This document shows, one piece after another, positions 29,308 to 38,839 of a DNA stretch of 64,000 nt. The notes beneath the pieces were generated by a model. It searched no databases. It was not told where the DNA came from and was given only the letters and a program-made list of their open reading frames with translations. Location of the stretch: assembly GCA_963754875.1 (NCBI GenBank), contig CAVWHO010000020.1, positions 288,001-352,000 on the forward strand, written 5' to 3'. Origin of the DNA: Nitrospirota bacterium. Lineage in GTDB: Bacteria > Nitrospirota > UBA9217. The translations under genes and the position numbers were made by a program. The stretch's first letter is position 1, and each line of letters begins with the position of its first letter.

Positions 29308-32273
29308 GGGAAACGCCAAAAGCGAAAATTCCCGTCTCCACCTACCGGCTCCAGTTCAACCGTACATTCACGTTCCGCGGCGCAACCCGCATCATCGGCT
29401 ACCTGTACGATCTCGGCATCACGGACATCTACGCATCGCCTTATTTTGCGGCAAAACCCGGGAGCCTGCACGGCTATGATATTGTGGACCACACGAGGCT
29501 GAACCCCGAGATCGGAACCGAAGAAGAGTATTACGCTATGATCACCGAGCTTAAAAATCACGACATGGGCCAGCTCCTCGACATCGTGCCGAACCACATG
29601 TGCGTCGAGAGTCCGGAGAACCGGTGGTGGATGGATGTGCTCGAAAACGGGCAGAGTTCTCCCTATGCCCGGTATTTTGACATCGACTGGGCCCCGGTCA
29701 AGAAGGAGCTCAAGGACAAGATCCTGATCCCGGTCCTGGGCAGCCAGTACGGCAACGTCCTCGAAGGTCAGGAGCTGGCGCTCGTGTTCGAGGACGGCGC
29801 CTTCTTCGTGCGCTACGACGATCACCTCTTTCCCCTGCGGCCTCATTCCTACGCCCTCGTCATGGAGCACCGCCTGGATGAGCTGCAGGAACGGCTCTCC
29901 CCCGGCCACCCGGACCTTGCCGAATACCTGAGCATCATCACGGCCCTGGGGCATTTGCCCCGCTACACCGAGTCCGATCCCGATCGCATCGGTGAACGGC
30001 TCCGGGAAAAGGAAGTAATCAAGCGGCGGCTCCTGGCGCTCATGGACCGGTCCGTCGAGGTACGAAAGCACCTCGACGGGAACATGCACCTCTTCAACGG
30101 GACCAAAGGGGACCCCCGGAGCTTCGATCTCCTCGATGAACTATTGAATCAGCAGATCTATCGACTCTCGCACTGGCGGGTCGCCACCGAGGAGATCAAC
30201 TACCGGAGGTTCTTCGACATTAACGGCCTGGGGGCCATCCGCATGGAACATTATGAGGTCTTTCAGGCAGCCCACCGGCTCATCTTCAGGCTGATCGGCG
30301 ACGACAGCGTGACCGGACTCAGGATCGACCATCCCGACGGGCTCTTCAATCCCGTGGAATATTTCCACCGGCTCCAGCGGGCCTGTTTCATCCGGCAGAT
30401 GATTGGCCCCGCCGGCATAACGCCGGAATCGGAGCACGAACTCGCTGAACGATACGACGATGCGGTCCTTGCCGATCCTGCCTACCGGCCCTTCTACATC
30501 GTCGGCGAGAAGATCCTCACCAAGAGCGAACGCATGCCCGACGACTGGCCCATTTTCAGCACCACGGGCTACGTATTCCTCAATTCGGTGAATGGTATCT
30601 TCATCGACAGCGGGAGCGCAAAGGTATTTGACCGGATCTTTGAGAAATTCATTGGAAAGAAAATGAATGTTCCCGAAGTGATCTACGAGAAAAAGAAACT
30701 CGTCATGCAGGTGGCCATGGCGAGCGAAGTAAACACCCTGGGGCATTACTTGAATGACCTCGCGGAGAAGAACCGCCATACGAGGGACTTCACGCTGAAC
30801 AGTCTGCGGAGCGCCATTACGGAGGTGATCGCCTGCTTTCCGGTCTACCGCACGTACACCAACACGTGGATTGTCGCGGACCGGGACCGCCAGGTGGTCG
30901 AACTGGCAATCTCGCGGGCCAAGCGGAAAAATCCGGCCCTCAGCGAATCGATCTTCGATTTTCTGAAGGACGTCCTGCTGCTCCGCTTTCCGGGCGAGGA
31001 GAAAGACGAAGACAAGGCCGCGTGGCTCGATTTCGTGATGCGGTTCCAGCAGATAACCGGGCCGGTCATGGCCAAGGGCGTCGAGGACACGGCCTTCTAT
31101 GTTTACAATCGGTTCGTGTCTCTCAACGAGGTGGGCGGCATGCCGGAGCGGTTCGGCACGCCGCTCGAAACCTTTCACGGACAGAACATCGAGCGCGAAA
31201 AAAACTGGCCTCATGCCCTCATTACGACTGCCACCCACGATTCGAAACGGGGCGAGGATACGCGGCAGAGGATCAACGTGCTTTCCGAGATGCCGCGAGA
31301 GTGGGCGGAACGCGTCAGGGCCTGGGCGCGGCTCAACAAAAAGAAAAAAAACGTTATCGACGGCGTTGAAGCGCCGGACCGGAACGAAGAGTATCTCCTC
31401 TACCAGACGCTCATCGGCGCCTGGCCGGCGGAACCGATGGACGAGCAGGGCCGCGACGCATTCATCGGGCGGATCAGGGACTATATGCTCAAGGCTTCCC
31501 GCGAGGCAAAGGTGAACACGAGTTGGATCAGTCCGAACGGGAAATACGAGGAGGTCCTCGCTGCGTTCGTCAGCTCCATTCTGAGGCCGGCTCGCGGGAA
31601 CCGTTTCCTGGGCGACTTTCTGCCGTTCCAGCAGATGGTCTCCCACTACGGCATGTACAACTCCCTGTCCCAGACGCTGCTCAAGATCTGCGCTCCCGGC
31701 GTCCCTGATTTTTACCAGGGCACGGAGCTGTGGGACTTCAGTCTCGTGGACCCCGACAACCGCAGACCCGTGGATTTTGAACGACGAATCAACCACCTGA
31801 AGGACCTGAAACGGAAAGAAACGGAGATGACGGAAGCCGCACTTGCGTGGGAGTTGACGCAAAATATGGTTGATGGACGGATCAAGTTGTTCGTTCTTCA
31901 AAAAGCGCTTTCGCATCGGCGGGCCAACTTCGAGCTCTACGGCCAGGGAGAATACCTGCCTTTGGCAAGCAGGGGACCTAAATCCGGAAATGTCTGCGCA
32001 TTCATGCGGCGAAAGAACGGTGCATCGATAATCGTCGCCGTGCCCCGGTTCCTGACCAGCCTTATTTCGGGGACCGGAGCAATGCCCTTCGGCAAGGGAG
32101 CCTGGGAGAATACGATGCTTGTACTGCCCGAGGCTGTTCAGGGTGGAACCTATCGGAACGTGTTCACCGGAGAAGTCGTTACGGCGCATGCGGAGAGCAG
32201 TGAACAGGGGATATTCTTCTCCGATATTTTCGGGAGCTTTCCTGTTGCACTTCTGGAAAGCTCTCCGGCTTGA
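29304..32273 (+). CDS. treY: Malto-oligosyltrehalose synthase
   Basis: STYRLQF, GSLHGYD, INYRRFFDI, LRIDHPDGL, MAKGVEDTAFY and SLVDPDNRRPVD motifs. Confidence 0.96.
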   Translation: MRETPKAKIPVSTYRLQFNRTFTFRGATRIIGYLYDLGITDIYASPYFAAKPGSLHGYDIVDHTRLNPEIGTEEEYYAMITELKNHDMGQLLDIVPNHMCVESPENRWWMDVLENGQSSPYARYFDIDWAPVKKELKDKILIPVLGSQYGNVLEGQELALVFEDGAFFVRYDDHLFPLRPHSYALVMEHRLDELQERLSPGHPDLAEYLSIITALGHLPRYTESDPDRIGERLREKEVIKRRLLALMDRSVEVRKHLDGNMHLFNGTKGDPRSFDLLDELLNQQIYRLSHWRVATEEINYRRFFDINGLGAIRMEHYEVFQAAHRLIFRLIGDDSVTGLRIDHPDGLFNPVEYFHRLQRACFIRQMIGPAGITPESEHELAERYDDAVLADPAYRPFYIVGEKILTKSERMPDDWPIFSTTGYVFLNSVNGIFIDSGSAKVFDRIFEKFIGKKMNVPEVIYEKKKLVMQVAMASEVNTLGHYLNDLAEKNRHTRDFTLNSLRSAITEVIACFPVYRTYTNTWIVADRDRQVVELAISRAKRKNPALSESIFDFLKDVLLLRFPGEEKDEDKAAWLDFVMRFQQITGPVMAKGVEDTAFYVYNRFVSLNEVGGMPERFGTPLETFHGQNIEREKNWPHALITTATHDSKRGEDTRQRINVLSEMPREWAERVRAWARLNKKKKNVIDGVEAPDRNEEYLLYQTLIGAWPAEPMDEQGRDAFIGRIRDYMLKASREAKVNTSWISPNGKYEEVLAAFVSSILRPARGNRFLGDFLPFQQMVSHYGMYNSLSQTLLKICAPGVPDFYQGTELWDFSLVDPDNRRPVDFERRINHLKDLKRKETEMTEAALAWELTQNMVDGRIKLFVLQKALSHRRANFELYGQGEYLPLASRGPKSGNVCAFMRRKNGASIIVAVPRFLTSLISGTGAMPFGKGAWENTMLVLPEAVQGGTYRNVFTGEVVTAHAESSEQGIFFSDIFGSFPVALLESSPA

Positions 32274-32403
32274 AATGATCGGGCCGCCTCATGAGAGGGC
32301 CGGACCAGGTGCACCGCAAACCCGATGACGTCCATCTGCAAAAAACTTTTACAGACGTGCACGCGGAATATTTTCTGCGAGCGGTCGGCCAAAGTATGCA
32401 CGA

Positions 32404-32433
32404 TTGACAAACAATGGAACCATGACCTATAAT
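32404..32433 (+). promoter_or_regulatory. sigma70-type promoter of the glycosylglycerate cluster
   Basis: TTGACA-N18-TATAAT, both hexamers perfect. Confidence 0.7.
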
Positions 32434-32582
32434 CGGCTCTCACACGAGCAATTCATAACGACTCAGGGACTGACACGCCCGGAAGTACATCTGCCGGTTT
32501 GACAGGTGCGCCGGGAAAGAGGGCTGGCAAAGAGCATTCATGCACAGAGATGCTTGTGGCGGCCCTTTGTATTTTATTTCCG

Positions 32583-33380
32583 ATGACGAAAACGATTATC
32601 TTCACCGACCTCGACGGCACGCTGCTGCATCCGAAAAATTACTCCTTTATGGATGCGCTGCCTGCGCTCGAATTGATCCGAGAAAGAGACATCCCGCTCG
32701 TCCTATGCTCCAGCAAGACGAGAGCGGAGATGGAAGTCTACCGGAAGCGGCTGAAGAACAAGCACCCCTTCATCGTGGAAAACGGGGCGGCCCTGTACCT
32801 GCCAATGGGATATTTTATGTTTTTTACGGGGAGCGTGAGAGGCGGGGACTATATTGTAAGCGAATTCGGGAAACCCTATGATGAGATCAGGAAAGAGTTT
32901 GCGGTCCTGCGTGAAAAACTGCACGTCCCGGTAAAGGGCTTCGGCGATATGACCCTCGAGGAAATTTCCGAAGTGACGGGCCTCTCGAAGGACGAGGCCG
33001 CCCTTGCCCGGCAACGGGAGTTCGGCGAACCGTTCATTTTTGAGCAAAGACCTGACGATCGTTTTTTTCAAGCCATTGAAGCACGCGGACTACGGTGGAC
33101 CCAAGGCAGGCTCTATTACCTCATGGGCGACCATGACAAGGGAAAAGCAGTAGGGCTTCTGAAATCATGGTACCAGGCAGAGTATGGTAAACTTATAACT
33201 ATTGGACTCGGCGACGGTTTGAATGATCTGCCGCTGCTCCGGGAAGTGGACCACCCGGTTCTTATCCAGAAGGAGGACGGCAGCTATGACCCGCGCATCG
33301 ATCTTCCCGGCCTCATTAAAGCGGAAGGCATCGGACCCATAGGATGGAACCGTGCGGTACTGGAGTTGCTGAAACAGTGA
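32583..33380 (+). CDS. Glucosyl/mannosyl-3-phosphoglycerate phosphatase (HAD IIB, MpgP/GpgP)
   Basis: FTDLDGTLL, CSSKTRAE, FIVENG, DKGKAV and GLGDGLND motifs. Confidence 0.9.
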   Translation: MTKTIIFTDLDGTLLHPKNYSFMDALPALELIRERDIPLVLCSSKTRAEMEVYRKRLKNKHPFIVENGAALYLPMGYFMFFTGSVRGGDYIVSEFGKPYDEIRKEFAVLREKLHVPVKGFGDMTLEEISEVTGLSKDEAALARQREFGEPFIFEQRPDDRFFQAIEARGLRWTQGRLYYLMGDHDKGKAVGLLKSWYQAEYGKLITIGLGDGLNDLPLLREVDHPVLIQKEDGSYDPRIDLPGLIKAEGIGPIGWNRAVLELLKQ

Positions 33381-34733
33381 CGAGAGAACCTCTGATGGAC
33401 ATCTTCAACGCGGGCCTGGCCGCCGTTGATCCCTATCATGCCGTAATCAGGGAGCTGCGGACTGTAAACGGACAACTATATGCAGGCGGGCGCGTGTACG
33501 AGCCCGCCGCTTTTGACCGCATCATTGTCGTTGGCGCGGGTAAGGCGACAGCGCGCATGGCTGAGGCTGTTGAGGAAACTCTCGGGAGCAGCGTCGACGA
33601 TGGCCTCATCATCGTAAAATATGGTCATACCGGCAGGCTCAGGATTACCGAGCAGATCGAGGCTGGCCATCCGATTCCTGATGAGGCGGGAGTGCGGGGA
33701 ACGGAGAGGATCCTCGAGCTGGTTCGTCGCGCGGACGAGAAAACTCTCGTCATCTGCCTTCTCTCGGGAGGCGGCTCTGCGCTGCTCGTTGCGCCGCTGC
33801 CCGGCATCACGCTGGAAGACAAACAACTGACCACGGACCTGCTTTTGAAAGCCGGCGCGAATATCCGACGAATTGAACACGGTTCGCAAACATCTGTCCG
33901 CGATAAAAGGCGGCAGACTTGCACGGGCGGCTTATCCTGCCATTCTGGTGACGCTGGTCCTTTCCGACGTGATCGGAGACAGACTTGACGTGATCGCGTC
34001 CGGTCCCACTGCGCCGGACAGCACGACCTATGTTGATGCCGACTTCGTGATCTCAAAGTACGGGCTCAAGGCGGCGCTTCCTCCCCGGGTCGCTGCATTT
34101 ATTGAAAGGGGCGTTTCCGGGAAGGAGCCGGAAACAGCCAAGAGCGGAGAGTCCTGTTTCTTGAAATGCAGGAACGTGATCGTCGGCTCGATTGCGCAGG
34201 CCCTTGCTGCGGCAAGCGAAAAGGCCATGGCGCTTGGCTATACTGCCGAAATTTATACCGCTGAGCTCCAGGGCGAGGCCCGTGATGCGGCCCGTAGGTT
34301 GGCACAAACAGCGTTTCGGATCCGGGACAGCCTGAAACCCGGGGAGAGACGCTGCCTTCTCTCCGGCGGGGAGACGACGGTGACGGTCCGAGGAAAAGGA
34401 AAGGGCGGCAGAAACCAGGAACTGGCGCTTGCCTTCGCGGTGGAGCTCGCAGGCAGGGAAGGGATCACTCTGCTTTCCGCCGGCACCGATGGAACGGACG
34501 GTCCAACCGATGCAGCGGGCGCTGTGGTTGACGCATCCACCGTGCAACTGGCGAGAGCATGGGGCATTCATCCGGAGACCTATCTGGGAAACAACGATTC
34601 CTACACGTTTTTTCACGAGGTAGACTCTTTCTGCAATACGAAACATCACGTCATCACGGGACCGACGGGAACGAACGTCATGGACATGCAGATCATTCTC
34701 ACCGAGGCTAAACCGGGCGGAGCGGCAGGGTGA
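33377..34733 (+). pseudogene. MOFRL-family glycerate kinase split by a +1 frameshift (true lesion or sequencing error)
   Basis: N-half has GAGKA, AGHPIPD and LSGGGSAL; C-half has RKHLSAIKGG, SDVIGD, GGETTV, GGRNQE, GTDGTDG and TGTNVMD. Removing one C at 33865-33866 restores GANIDELNTVRKH. Confidence 0.88.
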
Positions 34734-34755
34734 CATACGTGAACCTGAGAGCGGC

Positions 34756-36015
34756 ATGAACAGCATCATTTCCAGAAAAGAGATAGCGGACCAGATCGAG
34801 AGCGTAAAGGCCGCCGATATACTTGTCGGCATCCCGAGCTACAACAATGCCCGGACCATCGGTCACGTCGTGCGGGCAGTCCAGGCGGGCCTCGCCAAAT
34901 ATTTCCCCGATCTGAAATCCGTGATCGTGGATTCCGACGGCGGGTCAACCGACGGGACCACGGAAATCGTACGGAACACGGTTGTCGAGGATTTTCAATC
35001 CATTCTGCTTCATCACCGGGTGTCGCCCGTGTTCAAGATGGCCGTACCCTATCATGGGCTGCCGGGCAAGGGAAGCGCCTTTCGCACGATCTTCGAGATT
35101 GCAGACGCCCTGAACGTCAAGGCCTGCGCCGTGGTGGATTCGGACCTCCGGAGCATAACTCCCGAGTGGATCGAACTTCTTTTGAAACCGGTGCTCGAAG
35201 AAGGGTTCGATTACGTCGCCCCCCTTTACCACCGGCACAAGTACGACGGGACGATTACGAATAGCATCATCTATCCTCTCACCCGGGCGCTCTACGGCAA
35301 GCGCGTACGTCAGCCCATCGGCGGGGACTTTGGTTTTTCCGGTTCCCTCGCGAAACATTATCTCACCCAGGACGTGTGGCAGACGGACGTTGCCCGATAC
35401 GGCATCGATATCTGGATGACCACGGAAGCAATCGCCAATAACTGCAAAATCGCCCAGGCTTTTCTCGGCGCGAAGATACACGATCCGAAAGACCCCGGAT
35501 CGGACCTCTCCTCCATGCTCTACCAGGTAGCTGGCTCGACCTTCGGGCTGATGGAAGCCTACTCCGCGGTCTGGAAAACGGTCAAGGACTCCGGGCCGGT
35601 GCCGACCTTCGGGTTTCAGTACGAGGTGGGGCTCGAGCAGGTGAATGTGGACGTCGGGAGGATGCTCAGGTTCTTTAGGGAAGGGATCCGGAATCTGAAA
35701 GATATCTGGGTCGAGGTCCTCGGGAACGGGGACTGCGGTGAACTGGCAGCATTAAGCTCGCGTCCCGACGAGGAGTTCCGGTTCCCCCTCGGGCTGTGGA
35801 CCCGGATCGTGTACGATTACGCCCTTGCTTATCATAAAAACAAATTTCCCGCCGAACACCTGCTGAAATCGCTGACGCCGCTCTACCTGGGGAAGACCGC
35901 CTCCTTTATCATGGAAGTGCGCGACCTGAGCCAGCGTGATGCGGAGGAAGAAATCGAGAAGCTCTGCATGGAGTTCGAGGAGAACAAGGCGCATTTGATC
36001 AACAATTGGACGTAA
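34756..36015 (+). CDS. GT-A glycosyltransferase; probable single-step glucosylglycerate synthase (Ggs/Mgs-like)
   Basis: VGIPSYNN, DGGSTDGT, GKGSA, DSD, QPIGGDF and YGIDIWMT motifs; context with the phosphatase, glycerate kinase and GpgS-like genes. Confidence 0.7.
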   Translation: MNSIISRKEIADQIESVKAADILVGIPSYNNARTIGHVVRAVQAGLAKYFPDLKSVIVDSDGGSTDGTTEIVRNTVVEDFQSILLHHRVSPVFKMAVPYHGLPGKGSAFRTIFEIADALNVKACAVVDSDLRSITPEWIELLLKPVLEEGFDYVAPLYHRHKYDGTITNSIIYPLTRALYGKRVRQPIGGDFGFSGSLAKHYLTQDVWQTDVARYGIDIWMTTEAIANNCKIAQAFLGAKIHDPKDPGSDLSSMLYQVAGSTFGLMEAYSAVWKTVKDSGPVPTFGFQYEVGLEQVNVDVGRMLRFFREGIRNLKDIWVEVLGNGDCGELAALSSRPDEEFRFPLGLWTRIVYDYALAYHKNKFPAEHLLKSLTPLYLGKTASFIMEVRDLSQRDAEEEIEKLCMEFEENKAHLINNWT

Positions 36016-36031
36016 TCTAAGGGGGTGCACA

Positions 36032-36730
36032 ATGACGGATTTCCTCAATTTGATCCTGGAGCCGCTCAAGGAGGTATTCCAGAAGTTCTTCAAATTTCTT
36101 CCCAACCTGCTCGCGATGCTGATCATCATCCTGATCGGGATCATCGCGGCACGGATCGCCCGGGCCGTGCTGCTCATGTTGCTTAAGGCGATCAACTTTG
36201 ACTCATGGAGCGACCGGATGGGCCTCACGTCGGTGATGAGGAAGGGGGACCTGTGGGCCAAGCCGTCAGCCGCTGTCGGCGCCTTTGTGTTCTGGCTCCT
36301 TATTATCGTCGCGTTCATGGCGGGGTTGAACGCCCTGCAGGTAAGCGCCATCGACAGCCTGACGTCGCAGTTCGTGCTCTACCTTCCGCGGGTCCTTGCG
36401 GCCGTCCTGATTCTCGTCTTTGGATACATCGGGACAGGATTCATCGGCAGGGCGGTCCTCATCTCGGCCGTGAACAGTGGCTATCATTTCGCCAAGCTTT
36501 TTGCCGAGGCGGTCCGGATCCTGCTCGTGGTGCTTTTCGTCGCCATGGCGCTGGAGCAGCTGCAGGTGGCCCCCAATATTGTCGTGGCGGCTTTCTCTAT
36601 CATCTTTGGCGGTATTGTGCTGGCCCTGGCCATCGCCTTCGGCGTAGGCGGCATCGACGCCGCCAAAAAAGTTATAGAGGAAGAGACTGAGAAGAAAGAG
36701 GAAGGGAAACGGGATATAGAACACATTTAA
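36032..36730 (+). CDS. Membrane protein with duplicated conserved TM-helix units (MscS N-terminal/CmpX-like)
   Basis: FLPNLLAM and YLPRVLAA repeated units; ALAIAFGVGG. Confidence 0.75.
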   Translation: MTDFLNLILEPLKEVFQKFFKFLPNLLAMLIIILIGIIAARIARAVLLMLLKAINFDSWSDRMGLTSVMRKGDLWAKPSAAVGAFVFWLLIIVAFMAGLNALQVSAIDSLTSQFVLYLPRVLAAVLILVFGYIGTGFIGRAVLISAVNSGYHFAKLFAEAVRILLVVLFVAMALEQLQVAPNIVVAAFSIIFGGIVLALAIAFGVGGIDAAKKVIEEETEKKEEGKRDIEHI

Positions 36731-36739
36731 GGAGGCGCT

Positions 36740-37948
36740 ATGTCGGATTTTTACCAGACAGGGATCATCACCACGCTCCATGATCTCGGTAAACAGTCCC
36801 TGGAACGACTAGAGCAGGAACTGGGCCGTTATTCCCAAGCCCGGCCAATGGCTCTGGTGTTGCCCGCGCTCTACTCCGAGTTCGAGGGGCCTGCCATGCC
36901 GGGGATCGTGCAGGAGCTTTCGAAGGTGAAATATCTTTGTGAGATCGTGCTCGTCCTGGACAAAGCGTCTGACAAGGAGTTCGAGCACGTCAGGCGTTTC
37001 ATGGCGCCGATCTCCGGAAATGTAAAGGTCATACACAATGACGGCAAACGAGTCACGGAAATCTACGACACCTTCAAACGGAATGGGTTGGATGTCGGCG
37101 AGCGGGGAAAAGGGCGGTCCGCCTGGCTGGCCTACGGGTTTGTGATTGCGGGAGGCACATGCGATGTGATTGCGCTCCACGATTGCGACATCGTGAATTA
37201 CAGCAGGAAGCTTCTCGCCCGGTTGTGCTACCCCGTGGTGAACCCGAACATGGATTATGTCTTCTGCAAGGGATACTACAGCAGGGTCACGAACAAGATG
37301 CATGGCCGCGTCACCCGTCTTCTTGTGACCCCGCTCGTCCGGTCTCTTCAAAAGCTGGGAGGGGAACACCAGTTTCTTCAATTCATCGATAGCTTCCGTT
37401 ACCCTCTCGCTGGCGAGTTCGCGATGACCACAGACGTGGCGAGGGTCAACCGTATACCCTGGGACTGGGGGCTGGAGGTAGGGTCTCTCGCCGAGGTTTA
37501 CCGGAACTATTCTCCGCGCCGCGTGTGCCAGGTGGACATCGCCGAAACCTACGAACATAAGCATCAGATCCTTTCTCCGGAAGATCCGGAAAAGGGATTA
37601 ATGAAGATGACTGTAGATATCTGCAAATCTCTCTTCAGGAACCTGGCATCGGAAGGAGTTGTCTTTTCAGACGGTTTTTTCAAGTCTCTGTCCGTCGCCT
37701 ATCTGCGAAGCGCCGAGGACGCCATCATTAAATACGAGGCCGATGCCGCAATCAACGGTTTGGAGTTCGACCGGCATGAAGAAGCGAAAGCCGTTGAAGC
37801 CTTTACCCGTGCCATTGCTCAAGCAGCAAAGGTTTTTATGGAGGACCCCATGAGCACGCCCCTCATCCCGAACTGGAACAGGGTGACATCGGCAATCCCG
37901 GGTATTCTGGATATGCTGAAAAAGGCGGTGGAAGAAGACAATAAGTAA
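36740..37948 (+). CDS. gpgS: Glucosyl-3-phosphoglycerate synthase-like glycosyltransferase
   Basis: MSDFYQTGIITTLH, GKGRSAW, HDCD, GRVTRL, YPLAGEF, WGLEVG and YEHKHQ motifs. Confidence 0.8.
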   Translation: MSDFYQTGIITTLHDLGKQSLERLEQELGRYSQARPMALVLPALYSEFEGPAMPGIVQELSKVKYLCEIVLVLDKASDKEFEHVRRFMAPISGNVKVIHNDGKRVTEIYDTFKRNGLDVGERGKGRSAWLAYGFVIAGGTCDVIALHDCDIVNYSRKLLARLCYPVVNPNMDYVFCKGYYSRVTNKMHGRVTRLLVTPLVRSLQKLGGEHQFLQFIDSFRYPLAGEFAMTTDVARVNRIPWDWGLEVGSLAEVYRNYSPRRVCQVDIAETYEHKHQILSPEDPEKGLMKMTVDICKSLFRNLASEGVVFSDGFFKSLSVAYLRSAEDAIIKYEADAAINGLEFDRHEEAKAVEAFTRAIAQAAKVFMEDPMSTPLIPNWNRVTSAIPGILDMLKKAVEEDNK

Positions 37949-38180
37949 AGACGAACCGGTCCGTCCTGCAATCCACGATTTTGTGTTTTCTCAATGTATC
38001 GGAAAACAGCTTTCCTTTTTGATGACGATTATTTTTCTGATACTTAACTCCTAAAAAATCCTCTCTGCATTTTTTAAATCCTTACCATATTCGTTGTAGC
38101 ATATCCTGCAGAGAATCGAGCCACAAGCTTCAGTCGAAAAAAAAAGAAAAAAAATCGTTCGAAAAAACAACGAATAAAGC

Positions 38181-38196
38181 TGGCATAGGAGATGCA
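38181..38196 (+). promoter_or_regulatory. Candidate sigma54 (-24/-12) promoter of the copper locus
   Basis: TGGCAT-AGGAG-ATGCA gives exact GG-N10-GC spacing, 90 nt upstream of the first gene, after an A-tract-rich region. Confidence 0.6.
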
Positions 38197-38285
38197 ATAA
38201 TTCAAATGCAAAGGATTTGCAGTAAAATAATTCAGGTGGTGTTCCGCGTTCATGCAGTACTCGTATTTGGGACGGGAGGCTCAAC

Positions 38286-38525
38286 ATGATGCACTGGGGA
38301 AACTGGGGAGGCTACGGATGGGGAATGGGGTTCGGGTGGATATTCATGGTTATCTTCTGGGCACTGGTTATTTTCGGAATTGTCTATATCGTCCAGTCCC
38401 TGACGCGGAGGGCCGGACAGTCAGGGAAGGAAGAGTCTGCCCTCGACATGCTGAAGAAGCGATACGCCAAGGGAGAGATCACCAAAGAAGAATTTGACCG
38501 AATGAAAGACGACCTGCAAAAATGA
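38286..38525 (+). CDS. SHOCT domain membrane protein
   Basis: Gly/Trp/Met-rich N-terminus, one TM, ALDMLKKRYAKGEITKEEF. Confidence 0.9.
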   Translation: MMHWGNWGGYGWGMGFGWIFMVIFWALVIFGIVYIVQSLTRRAGQSGKEESALDMLKKRYAKGEITKEEFDRMKDDLQK

Positions 38526-38536
38526 GGGGAAAAGCC

Positions 38537-38839
38537 ATGAAGATGATAACGGCGATTGTGAGGACAACCAGCCTTCAGCGCGTCATCCAACAGCTCGAAA
38601 AAATCGGCATACGGGGGTTGACGCTTTCCGAGGTCAAGGGTCTTGGCGAGGAAGTGCGGCTGAACAACCCCTATTCCATTCACGACAAGATCGAACTTCT
38701 TATCGCCGACGACAAAGCGGACGAAGCGGCGAACATTATTCTTGAACATGCTGCGACCGGTCTTGCCGGCGACGGTGTTGTAGCCGTCTGGCCCGTGGAT
38801 TACGCGGTCAGGATCAGGTCGAAGGAGCAGTTGATATGA
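38537..38839 (+). CDS. PII-like (GlnB superfamily) protein with a shortened T-loop
   Basis: MKMITAIVR, GLTLSEVKGLG, KIELLI, TGLAGDGVV and AVRIRS motifs. Alternative start at 38522. Confidence 0.88.
   Translation: MKMITAIVRTTSLQRVIQQLEKIGIRGLTLSEVKGLGEEVRLNNPYSIHDKIELLIADDKADEAANIILEHAATGLAGDGVVAVWPVDYAVRIRSKEQLI

Noticed and set aside
30141..32189. 682-aa minus-strand ORF, and similar long antisense ORFs at 57611-59695, 55681-57219, 51688-52908 and 23526-24995
   Set aside because: Each lies opposite a well-supported gene and has no recognisable motifs; these are codon-bias shadows.
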